Shown: positions 40,428 through 52,786 of the stretch, piece by piece | Position numbering within the stretch: the stretch's first letter is position 1 | Layout of the letters: the number at the start of each line of letters is the position of its first letter | From: Lingula anatina | Taxonomy: Eukaryota; Animalia; Brachiopoda | Reading direction: 5' to 3' | Length of the DNA: 64,000 bases | NCBI GenBank assembly: GCA_051362555.1 | Contig: CM120642.1 | Location: 30,194,001 to 30,258,000, forward strand | Notes under the pieces: model-generated | Database searches by the model: none | What the model saw: the letters and a program-made list of their open reading frames with translations, nothing else | What the model was told of the DNA's origin: nothing | Position numbers and translations under genes: made by a program

Positions 40428-41040
40428 GTATGGAGTAGTGATATTAAGTGGGTTTTTCTTTTAGGACATGTATCTAGAAATTTTTTTTATCAAATTAAGG
40501 AAATTTTTGGTAATAATGATAATGACTCGGTCTTTTCATTGGGGAAAACTGTGAATTTTACAGACTTTGAACTTTTTAAATTCTGAAAATTAGAACATGC
40601 CTATTGAGTGGTAGTAACAAAAGTGAAATGCAGGTTACCCAATAATTTTATTCTATACAGAAAAAGTACCACAATTGCTACACAGAAATATATTTATAGT
40701 GATTTTTAAGTTATGTGTCTGAAGCATTCATATTTTTACCCATTGAAAAGACTGATTCCTTATAAAATTTAAATACAATTTTCTTCACAAACCGTTTTAA
40801 GTATTTATATAAAAAAAGGGAGAATGGAGGAGTTCTGTTCAATATGTAGTTAAATAAATGATAAAGTAAAAGTTTGAAAAAATGTATTACAGCAAACAGT
40901 GATGAGTTTGAAATGTAAAAGTTAACATGACTCTATTACATAACAGCCAAGCTGTATAAATAACCAGTCTATCAAAATGGTGTGAAATACAAAAAAGTAT
41001 ACCACACAATGTAAAAAAGGCTTTATTGAAAAGGGCCTTA

Positions 41041-41575
41041 GAGCACATTCTCAACGAATTAAGCCAGGCTTTACAAAGCCGGTGACCTAAAAATGGCGGA
41101 CGTACATGAAAGAATAACCGCCTATCTATTAATAGTCTCTCCGCCTCTCACACGCCTCCCCACACGTCGTCCCTGCGGGGTACAGTAATTAAATCTCGGC
41201 TCCGAACATTAATATATCCGTGAATATCTCTGGTGATATTATCTCCGTAGATAGTCGATTCATTGCTGCTCTACGGGCCAAATTATTCCTTTTTCGTCTC
41301 TGTTTTCAAAGATAATAGAACAGAAGAGCTTTTTTCCTTCAGCCACCACGCTTTCTTCACCACGAGTTTAACTGATGAGCATGCGCACTTAATATATCTC
41401 AGGTAGCTTCCGCATGGCGAACGGAGGCGCGATTTAATTACTGTACCCCGCAGGGACGACGTGTGGGGAGGCGGAGAGACTATTAAAAGATTAGGCGGTT
41501 TTTCTTTCATGTACGTCCGCCATTTTTAGGTCACCGGCTTTGTAAAGCCTGGCTTAATTCGTTGAGAATCCGCTC
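41041..41575. mobile_element. PIF/Harbinger-like MITE with long TIRs
   Basis: ~160-bp inverted arms (GAGCACATTCTCAACGAATTAAGCCAGG... / ...CCTGGCTTAATTCGTTGAGAATCCGCTC) with TTA target-site duplication. Confidence 0.88.
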
Positions 41576-44500
41576 TTACATAAAACTTGCGAAGCCATCA
41601 CCTGCATACCAGCATCAGTGCCAGTGCAGAATATCATTTATAGACCACAATAGGAGAACAGGGTGCTCATCTGATCAGTGTTGTGGAAGAGTAAAATGCT
41701 TAAAAAAGAAAGAAAAAAATTAGCACAGTCAGTACACAAGGTGAAGTATGGTGGTATCGCTTTCAACTACAGTCATTTTCTGTGCAAATTTTCCATGGTA
41801 TTATTGAAAGTGGATCTGAGGGAAATCAGATGAACAATTTTAGATCTGCACTTTTTTTAATCAAATGTGACTCATGCAGGTGAAGACTAAAAAGTGTGGG
41901 TGCTGTCAGGTAAATTTCATATTTTCCTGATTATTTTCAGTACTTGAAACATGGAACACTTTGGCCTATTGTTTCGATCAATACTGATTGTGGTATTATT
42001 AATAGCATTTTTTTTTTTTTTTCAAATCGATTTAGTGATTGTAAGAAGTATGAGTTTGAATTGAATTCTGCAAAAACTACGGAAGATTGGAGGCACAGTG
42101 CCAAGAAAAAATCTAATTTGTAACATAAAAATCCAGTAATGAACACATAGAAATAAAACATGTGAACAGGATATTAAGAAAAAGGTATTCTATAATCCAG
42201 TTAACACAATCAACAGATGTGATTGTTGCCACTCCTTTTCTGAAAAGGTGTTGAGTCTAACAAACCCAATGATTGATGTTTTACCATCTTTCATCAGTCT
42301 GGTATTTTGTAAGTTGAACAAAACTGGGAATCTTGTGTATAATTGTACTGGGATTTTTCTCATACAAATAAATATATAAAAGCTCATGTTAAACTTGATG
42401 GGTAAATGCACCTTAATTTCAGACAGAAAACGTATTTTATTCTTGGGTGAAAAGCAAGATGTCCCCATTCTGCTTTCACTTTTAATTAAGATAACCCATT
42501 TAGTTTTGAAGCTGTTTTTCATTTTTTTCTGAGAAAGAAAAAAATGACACTTTAAGTTGAGTGGATAAACCTAAAATTCCACACTTTTTTATGCCAACCT
42601 GGCATCAAAATATTTAAAAAAATGTAGAAACACTAAATCAGTATTTAAGTGTTGCCTAATCTGTTGTTCTACAGCAAACTTAAATAGGAAGAAACCTTAC
42701 CTGACATTTCATTAATTGGGGTTCTCCGAGTTCACTAGGAAAACCTAGATAATTGGCAAGTGAAAGTTCAAACCAATTAGAACCATGCTGAAATGAGGTG
42801 TGGAGATTTCATAAGACGGCTTTCGTGATCACTGTACACTCGTTGTTATGATAATTATGTGACAATATGGGTGCTTATGTCTTCATACCCACTTGATCAA
42901 GCCTCTTGAAGCTGGTTTTATAAGATATTGATATTTTCATGATGGGATCATCACCAAGTAATAAACTGCTTCCTGACAAATTTGCTGTTTATGTCAGTGT
43001 TAATAATGAACTAAATTTTGACCAGAGCATTTATAAGAGAATTGATTAACAGCAGAGTCTGAATCAGTGATATTAGAATGTGGGTCTAGATCTCAGCTAA
43101 GTCTTTCCTTCTTGGTGATCTCATATTTAATCCTGGGCAAGCAACCAGAAGGAATCTGCAAAGTGTAGACATGATGACTCTATCAGAAGTTGCCATGGAA
43201 ACCAATTTTATATCTTTCTTCAGTTAGTCATACTGTTTAAAAATATCCACTTGTCACGAGTGGCAGTGATGGATACTTATTTATTTGTCTAAGTTCATTT
43301 TAATTTTAAAAAATTGTAGCAGGAACTGCAGACCTGCAACTTTATATAAAACTAAAATATTTTATTAAGAAATTTTAGACCAAGACACAGATAATAGCAA
43401 AATGTCAGTTGCCATTTCAAGTGCATGGTTACCTTAAATACATAAATATTTAATTTTTTAGGTTTATTAACTTTTTCGAATCAGAGAAACATAGAGTAGC
43501 AAGGGTACAGAAAGGTCACACTACCAGATGACCAGGGCAGTGGTATTTACACCCTGACCTCAGCTGACTCCAGTCCTGCTGAAAATAGCCAGCTGATACA
43601 TGGCCATTGCCTGACCACAAGTTAACCTTGACTGTATCTATTTACCACCTTGTGATGTACACCATTTCTATATGTGCATTAGGATAACATATTTGATTTC
43701 CATATTTGACCACTGATTGACCTTGGGGGAAAAAATGGACAGACTTAATGCTTGCAAACTGACCATTGCTATGGCAATTCTGTTTTGGTGAGTCGAACTG
43801 ACCATTGCTATGCCATTTCTGTTTTGGTGAGTTCTGTGTCAAACCGGCAGACCAGGTATGACTTTAACCTTGATATTTTCCTTTTGCTTTTATTCAGAGC
43901 AACTTTCCTGTCATCCCCTACTGTATTCATTTTACCATTTTGAACATTTGGTTTTTTTTTTTTTTTTTTAAGTGAAAAAAAGAAAATTGCTTCACTTTTC
44001 TGTTAAAACATTGAAATTCTAGGTGCCACTTCCTGTTGGAAGACAGCCAGAACCCAATTTATTTCTGTACCAGGTAAACTTTGGGTCTGTGTCAAGTAAA
44101 CTGTTAAACCGCAATTTTTTATGGCACCATTTTTCTGATCAGTCTTGAGAACCATTGGTCTGTATACTGTTTTGATTTGTTTTATAACACCAGATAAGTG
44201 GTACAATCAGTCCATGGGGAGAGTGTAGCAGTGACATTCATTTTGTGGACTCTTGACAGGGGAAAATCCAGGTATTTTTTTGACAGTCTTCCCAGTTGTC
44301 GTTGTTGAGTCATTCTCCATTTTTGACTGTCTTCGGATGGAAAAAATTAGATGTCTATCAATGTAAGCTTGAAAAATTCTGACTATCTTCTGGAAGACCC
44401 AAATCGGAGCTCTTATGCAACGAAGGTCAGTTCCGTCCAATGGCAGTTTGACATGACCGCTGATGGACCTTGATTGCGTAATCCCCATGATGACGTAGTG

Positions 44501-47500
44501 TTGATATTTATTGATGCAATAGTGCTTTTGATACAGCTGTTTCGTACAGTTTATTTTGGACACCGCTGAAAGATCAATCCCAGTGTATTTTATCATCAAT
44601 GTTGGATGATATATATATATATTTAGCTACGTGAATACAACAATTGAATCTTTTGAGAATTGAGATGTTTGGAGATCTGTGTATAAAAGAGTCCACATAA
44701 CCAGTCTTTGACCTTATTTACACCCGTTCTGCCAAGCTTGTTTGCATAAACAAAATAGATGAACTCACACTGACCGCTGCTGAGGTGTTTGGAGGCAATA
44801 CACGGGTCCCACATTATAGCACTGGACGTTTACCTGTGAAGAGGTGACCAAACTGGTCCTAGTAGCATACAGTTAAATCTAGCAGACTTGTACTTCACTG
44901 GTCTTATACCCGTTACTGTCTGGAGAGATTTTCTGTTGATTTTGTATGGTTTGGACTTGGATTTGATTTGTTTTAGACTATCATATGTGACAAAAATTAC
45001 TGAAGCAAGGTTCTAGAAGTGGTGCCCATTTGATCACCTGCGGTCTCCAAATGAAAAGTGCCACCATTGGCTTGACTGTCATGGATAACAGCAGACCAGG
45101 ATGTATAACAATGGATTGTAAATTATCAAAAGCTACGGGAAGTTTCTAAGGTTTTAACATTAACAGATTACAGAGCTGAATGAAACTGTTCTCTTGTAGA
45201 AGAACTGGACTATAAAATAAGGGTTTTAGAAGAGCCTTGGCCAGGGTGATAAAATTGAAACTTCTGCATGAAAGGATAAAAGGACTGGATATTTTAAGGA
45301 TAAAATATAATTTTCATGATTTGAAGTTTGTGAGAGGTATATTATCATGATCAGCAGCAGTGAGTTCACAGTGATGGATACTATGTTCTGTTTGTATGGT
45401 GGGGAGGAGGAGGAGGAGGAAGACTATCAAGGTAGGCAGTGTTGCCAAAAGTATCACCCTGATGTGAGAGATTTTAGAGATAATCTCAGTGGATATTTCA
45501 TACCTTTTATTGTAAACAAGTTTGTGTGCTGTGAAGATCAATTTTCACATGATGGTCTTTCATAGAAATCTCAATGTTTTTGGGGGATTCATTGTTGTAT
45601 TCTGTTTTGTGTTGAAATTCTCATTGTTCAAACCAGATGAAAAGAAACAAAAGTGGTGAGATGAAATGATAGGATTGGATTGATATGTTCTGAAATAGAT
45701 AGTTTCAGAGAGATATCATTTAATTCAACACTGAATGCATGCTGCGTGCATGTCTTGAAAGCAAATTTCATTTATTGATTAGACCACTCATCCCTGAGAC
45801 ATCCACATCTAATATGAAAATAGGAGTAGCTTTGGTCAGGTGTTCTTTTTTTCCCAGCTGGTCACATATCATAAGAAAAGTTCATTAGTAAAACTATCAT
45901 CTTTCATTGAGAAAAAAGGACAGCAGCAATTTCATGCCTTATTGCTAATAGATGAAGCAAACAACAAGACCTGCCAGTGGCAGGTCTCACTGGGAAACAG
46001 TAACTGATATCAGTGTTCATTCTATTAAGACCTGCTGTACCAGGACACCCCTTTTGACTGAATCACGATGTTATTGTAATTGAAGCATCTTTTGGTTACA
46101 AAGCACTAGTACCCTCTTAGAGATCAGATAGTGTTTGTCTTTAGATGACTTCAAAAGCTAAATTAGGATTCTCCACCAACTAAAAGGAATGTGCTTCTCT
46201 TGTGAATGATGCCATCTACTGGTAGAATTGAAAATGCACATTCCTGGCACCAAGAGAATAAGACGCAGCTTTGTTAATGCATCTTTGGGATTAAAATTGG
46301 GTCAGTTCAGGCCATCTGAGGACATGGATTCATTATTGGTATGGAGAATACCATTGGCTGCCGGAGTCACATGAACAGCTATGAGAGAATGCCTTTCAAC
46401 TTCAAAGGAATAACGAAGGGAATTTAGTTTTTCAATCAATATTACTTCAATATTGTGCACTTCCATCCACAGCCTGTTAGTGCCAGGGAAAGAAATTAAA
46501 TAAAAAGGGGTCGGAAATTCTAGGTGCACTTGAGATGAGATGTGGGATCTCGGTGCGTTTTGAGAGAGAAATTGGGATCACAATTTGTCCTTGCGTGACC
46601 TGGTTTGTGCACTGCCATGTAATATTGTGAGGTGAAGACGAGGTGAACCAGAGATAGAACTATAACCATGGATATACTGCTCAAACATACCAAGAGGAGA
46701 AAAATAGGTTTGATTTTTGTTAATTGTTTCGTTGATATGTCGTATATAACATGTTAGGGTTTTAATGGACAAGTTTTAAGTGTTGATTTTTACTCGGTGT
46801 AGATGACTTGTAGTTAGTTGTACATGAGAAGCCTCCAGGGTTGCGGTATTTATTTCCTGCTCATTTGTGGTCAGCGATGAACTGTCAGCACTGGTGGTGC
46901 CTGGAAGCAGTGATGGTACAACTGAAATGGATTTTTAAGGTTTTTTGTCTTCATTTTTCAATATATCTGGAATTATTTATAGGTTTTAAAGGAAAGAGTT
47001 CTGGTATTATATGCTTTATTAAGGGCAGGATTTATTTTGTGGTTGCTGATTGTAATAGACCAGGTTCAGTCATTTTAGAAGTAAATATGTCATCTTATTT
47101 TTCAATGAGATTAAGTCTTCACATCATACAACATTAGCATGAGTGATTTGTTGGAGCTGTTATTTCATGTTTTGACATATTGTTTAGTATTATATAGAGC
47201 TATGCTGTTATTAAAGATTATGGAATTTTGTCATTAATATTGCATGAAACACATCTATAATCATATATTTAAGTTTGTGTGTTTGATGATGGCATGCCTC
47301 TATTAACAGAGTTCTCTGTCAGTATTGAAATATTTTTTTCACTCAAGGTATATTTACACATCTTAACTTGTCCATTGTGATGTAGAATTCCTTTTGTAGT
47401 ATTAAGAGAAGTAACAAGATTCTTTTCTTGCATTCATGTACTAGTATTTCAACATGCAATGTAGAGAATGCGTTGATCCGATATCTTACGATGAGCTTAG

Positions 47501-47823
47501 AAAATATTTGCCAGTGGCTAGAAAGATAAGTTTGGTAAAGCAGAATAATGAATATTTGCTTATTTGGTATTGAATGGGCTATTTTTTCTTCACGAGCATA
47601 TTTAGTCGGAACGAAAGACGCATTCTCCCGTAACCAGAACTCGTACATTCCTGTATTTTAATATCATTGGGAGAAACTAACGGGGTTTTATTTACAGGTT
47701 TCCAGTATGCCAGAGAGAATCACTTCTGAGAGATAATCCATGTCTCACCACCATCTCTTTCTGTTGTGTCATTGTGCTTTATCAACATAGGTCAACAATA
47801 TTCTCCCTGTTGTATCATTACAG

Positions 47824-48211
47824 ATCCACCCTCGATGGATTCATCAGGCATGAGTGGCATGGACAGCTCAATGCACGGCATGGGTAGTATGGGGATGGGC
47901 GCCCCCTCCCCACCAGACATGAAGCCGGACATCCGCACATTGGTGCCGCAGCCAGGCCAGGGGATCCCCAGCTACTACAACATGGGTGGACCCCCCTTAC
48001 AGCCACCCCCTATGTCACCGACCCTGCACTCACCGACCTCCAGTGTGTCGTCTCCACACTCCATGTCGTCGGTGACGTCCCCCATGTCACAGATGACCAT
48101 GTCTCCCCCGCCCTCTCTAGGACTGCAGAACCCCCATAGTTCAATGTCCAATAAACACATCTGTGCTATCTGTGGGGACAGGGCATCCGGGAAACACTAC
48201 GGGGTGTATAG
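47824..48211 (+). CDS. RXR: RXR A/B domain and first zinc finger exon
   Basis: [38 protein letters not shown]; AG|GTGAGT donor. Confidence 0.95.
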
Positions 48212-51200
48212 GTGAGTGGCACGCAGTGAAGTGAGGGGACGTGGATACACACTCACTGATGCACTCATGCCTGTGTATGCGTACACAAACACACACACAC
48301 ACACATACACACACACACACAGTGAGAGAGACTTTAAAAATGAACCATTTCAAACCATTTAAATTTAGACTTGACTCATATTTACATATGAAACATTTCC
48401 AGAAATGGGAAAGCCTGTTCTGGAGGAAACCTATCCATTAAAAACATCTGGAAACGTGGAAGAAAAAGATTTAAATCTCTTTATATCATCTCAAACTTTT
48501 CCATTCCTAAATTTCCAATGGCAATATTTCCATTATCTTTGTCAGTTACTAAAGTTCTAATTTGATGGAGAAAAAAGTTCTGAGGCATGCTGTTTGAATT
48601 ATGGCGTATTATCCTCGCTGTAAAACTAAATGTTTTACTAAGGGGATACGGGAAGCTGTAACTTTTTCAATATAAGTTTTCAAATGCTCCTGTCATTTAG
48701 AATCATCATAAAGCCTGAGGTACTGAGAAAGAAAATTTATGAGTAGTTCTACACAACCCAGCTGTATGTTCTAAAAAAATTAATTAAATAAATAAATAAA
48801 ATAAAAATAACTTGCATTGATCCCTTTCTCTGTTCTAGTTGCGAAGGCTGTAAAGGTTTCTTTAAAAGAACAGTGCGAAAAGAACTGTCCTATGCCTGTC
48901 GTGATGATCGCAACTGTGTCATCGACAAACGCCAGCGTAACCGCTGCCAATATTGCCGCTACATGAAGTGTCTAGCTATGGGCATGAAAAGAGAAGGTGG
49001 GTATTTCTTCTGAATTGTTTTGGTATGAACTTCACATCTCAGAAAAATATGTGTGCACATCTTGTGATGATTTCATGTTATTTCTGGACACTCGTTTTGG
49101 GAAATAAAAAAAGCTAAGGCTGATGTTTTATCATGAGCGAAAGTGAAGAAGATTGATAAGTAAATACAGATTATAGAAAAAATTTCTAATTCTTCTGGTA
49201 TTTGATATTTTTGGTACACAGTTAAAAACTACATGTTCTCATAAAACTAATTTCAGAATGTCTGTCTTCATAAATGAAATATGGAAAGGCCAAGTCCAGC
49301 CTTTAAGTCGTAATAGTTCCAAAATACATCAGAATATTACAAAATTGTATCATTTCTTTGATTTTAATGATTGACATTCTAAGACGGTAAAAACTGAGAA
49401 CTGGGTCTTAAAACTGAGGTGGACTGTGGTAGTTTGTTAATGGACTGCCTAAATCACTGTCCAGAGTTTTAAGATATACTTGGCGACAGTTGGAAGTCAG
49501 ATAATATGATTAACATGAAATCAGTATATAGATGATATTATAAACATGATGTCAACATGGCGGGCAGATTAATATGTTTATTTTGTAAAACCCTTGTGTT
49601 CACATTGCATTGCTGTATAAAACAATGGTCATATTTTAAAAATCTGTGTGACAAAAAAAAAGAGAGTTTTTTTGCAGAATATTGTTCATTTTCAGTTATT
49701 GATACAAATCTTACAAGTTAAAATTATGATTTTCTGTTATTGACAGAAATTTTAAAATTTAAAAAGGTGAAAAAATGTGAAAATGTGACCATTGTTAATA
49801 TTATTGTCTCAGATTGATATACGGTTTTTTGTATATGGAAGGTTAAGTTTGGTCTTGTAACACATAAACACAGCACAATTATTCAATATTTTCACACTTA
49901 TCATTAATTTCAAAGCAATATGTCTGTGTTCACTATAGTTTCAAGGTCATGAATGTGTCTCTTTAACGTTAATGCAGAGACATATGGCTTTTCATGTCAA
50001 TAAAACATTAGTGTTTTAGCTTTAACTGTCCAAATGAATTTCCAGTTTAGCTTTTGTCCTGTAATGTTATAGGTTGTCTTGAATAACCCTTCTACCATGT
50101 GTGATAATCACAGATGTGGTACCGCCCTTTCAGTCTGAAAATTTTACTCTCTGTTCATAGAATTTGGCAAAAAAAGGAAATATGAAGAAAGAAGTGTTTG
50201 TCTTAAAACCTCAAATATTGAAAAAAAATACAAAAACATATTTGATAGTTTTATTTAACAAAATAACCATAGAATACCTATCATAACTTATGCCCCAGCA
50301 TGTGGTGGTAAAAATAACAGAATAATTTATTCACCATGATAAACAACCACACTCATTGTTTTAAGCTAACACGTTAATGTGTATTTAACAGTTAAATGAA
50401 TTAGTCTTCAAGAGAATTAAAAAAACACATTTTATATATTAGGTCAGTAGAAAAATCAACTAATACTCCACCACTCCCCCCCCCCCCCCCCCCAACCCCT
50501 TGAAAAAGAAGGCAGCCGATTAGCCATTTAGATGTAACCATATTGATATAACTGGCCCATGTATGACCAGGCGTATCCTGAAGTGACCCCTCCACTGGAC
50601 TGACCACATCATTACACAGCACCAATGGATTTGCCAGCTTAAATGTTCAGCAGAAAGAAGTAGAACCCCCCATTGTTAGTATAGCGTGCAGGTTATTATG
50701 AGGTGACGGTAGGATGCCCATTGGTTTCTTTGTTGTGTACGTGCGTAGAGGCATGTAAGACAAGTGGAGGGGATGTGAGGTTAAAACTGCCAGATTTAGA
50801 AACTAATCAAGCCAGTAGAATTAAAGCAGTATTCAGAATGAGGCAGGGGGGATTAAATTGTGGAGAAGATAGCCCTTAAGTAGGTTTGTTTACCCCCAGG
50901 GAAGTTCATGTGGACAGTGAATATTTTTATTATTGGCAAAAAGCTTAAAGATTTTTTTAATTACTTTCCCTTACAATGTGAACACAGTCTCTTGGTATTT
51001 ACTATTTCATTTTAAGTTGTATCTATCAATGATTTGATTTTAACAAAATTTGAAAGGATTTTATTATTGAATTAAAACAAGTTCTTTGAAATAGCCATAC
51101 CTTGGTTTTGATATTTTTGTCTTTTTCTCTGAGGCTTGTTTCCAATGGCAAATCCTTAGTATGTTCTATCCCAGCAGGCCATTGAATCATGGTATCTAAT

Positions 51201-52029
51201 CATAAAAGGCAAATCTAATCATTTGGTTGTACCACCCATGGCTACAGCAATTGAGTCTCATGGTTAGATATTATAATCAGATGGCCTGCTGAGTTGGAAT
51301 GTATTTTGTTCATTGGAAATTGGCCATGGAATACACCGTCTTTGCACCTCCTCTCCTAACACACCACAGGTTATTAATATGATTGTGTTAACTGGAAAAC
51401 TTGGATTATTGAACTTGAAAATTTTGTCATGGTTTATTTGTGAAATCTTTTGGAAGTATCAAAAACCTCAAAATTTCTTTATTACCCATGTCACCTTAGT
51501 TGCCCTACGCCTTGGCTTATCTATTCCAGCCCAGTACCCCACTTCCTGTTACGAAAATCTCTTCATACCAAGTTTTCTATTCAACATGGCCTGATATTAA
51601 TAAAGATATTTCGCACTGCACATAAAGTGGTCGTTTGTTTAGCACGTGACTCTGTATAATACTAATCCTAGATGTCCTCGTCCCCGCAGCGGTCCAAGAA
51701 GAACGCCAGCGGGCCAAGGAGAAAGGGGAGGGCGAGGTGGAGAGCACCAGCAATGCCAACTCTGACATGCCTGTGGAGAAAGTCCTGGATGCAGAGATGG
51801 CGGTGGAGCCCAGTCATGAGACCTATGTTGATGCTCAGGTATGTAGTCTCAAGATTGCTCTCTGGGTGTTCTTTTACTCCTTGGTTTTTGGAAAGTAAGG
51901 GGGGAGGGTAAAATGATTTGGTTAGGGTCCTTAAAGAGTTACTGAAGTTGGTGGCACCAAAACATTTTTACTTTTTTTTTTCTTTTTGCAAAAACCAAAT
52001 CTATAATATTGTTTGAAAGCCTTAACTTT

Positions 52030-52072
<43 letters not shown>

Positions 52073-52714
52073 TTCATTTATCTTTAATTCCAGAAAGACG
52101 CAGTGACCAACATTTGCCAGGCTGCGGACAAGCAGCTGTTCACTCTAGTGGAATGGGCCAAACGCATCCCTCACTTCACAGAACTCCCCATTGATGACCA
52201 GGTTATCCTACTGAGAGCTGGTGAGTCTAAGGATGCTTTCAGAACAAGTTGATTTGCTGACTAACAGATCCATGGATCAAATATGGCCGACCTACTAAAA
52301 AGCAATGCCCCCTAATCCTCTTATTGACTCCTTGCCTCCAACATGCAGCATCCGTGCAGGGGCCTAGCAATTGAATCTCGGTCATGTTTAATTTAGCTTT
52401 AATTGCTAGGCTTCTGCAAGGACTGTGCATGTGGTAGGTAGGGAGACCATTAGGGGATTATTCGGCAGTGCTTTTCAACAAGTGGGGCAGCCATATTTGA
52501 TCTGCAGACTAGTTAGTCTGAGGGTCATCTGTTGTGAATGCTACCTAAAAATATAGAATTTAATAGTATTTACATATATCTGTGGTAAAGTGATTCAAAT
52601 ATTTAATTAATTCTTTAATTCTTATGGTAGCAACAAAATTGAAAAGCAGGCTTTATCCTATAGTTCTTTACTACACAGTTGAAACACAAAGAATGTTATA
52701 CAATGATTCCTAAG

Positions 52715-52786
<72 letters not shown>

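Noticed and set aside
43735-43855. GTGAGT/GTATGA donor-like sites as an RXR first coding exon
   Set aside because: The upstream ORFs end in phase 2 or hit stops, so they are incompatible with the phase-1 acceptor at 47824
50072-50200. Other acceptor-like sites in the T-box intron (50072, 50161)
   Set aside because: In-frame stops follow quickly and there is no good donor
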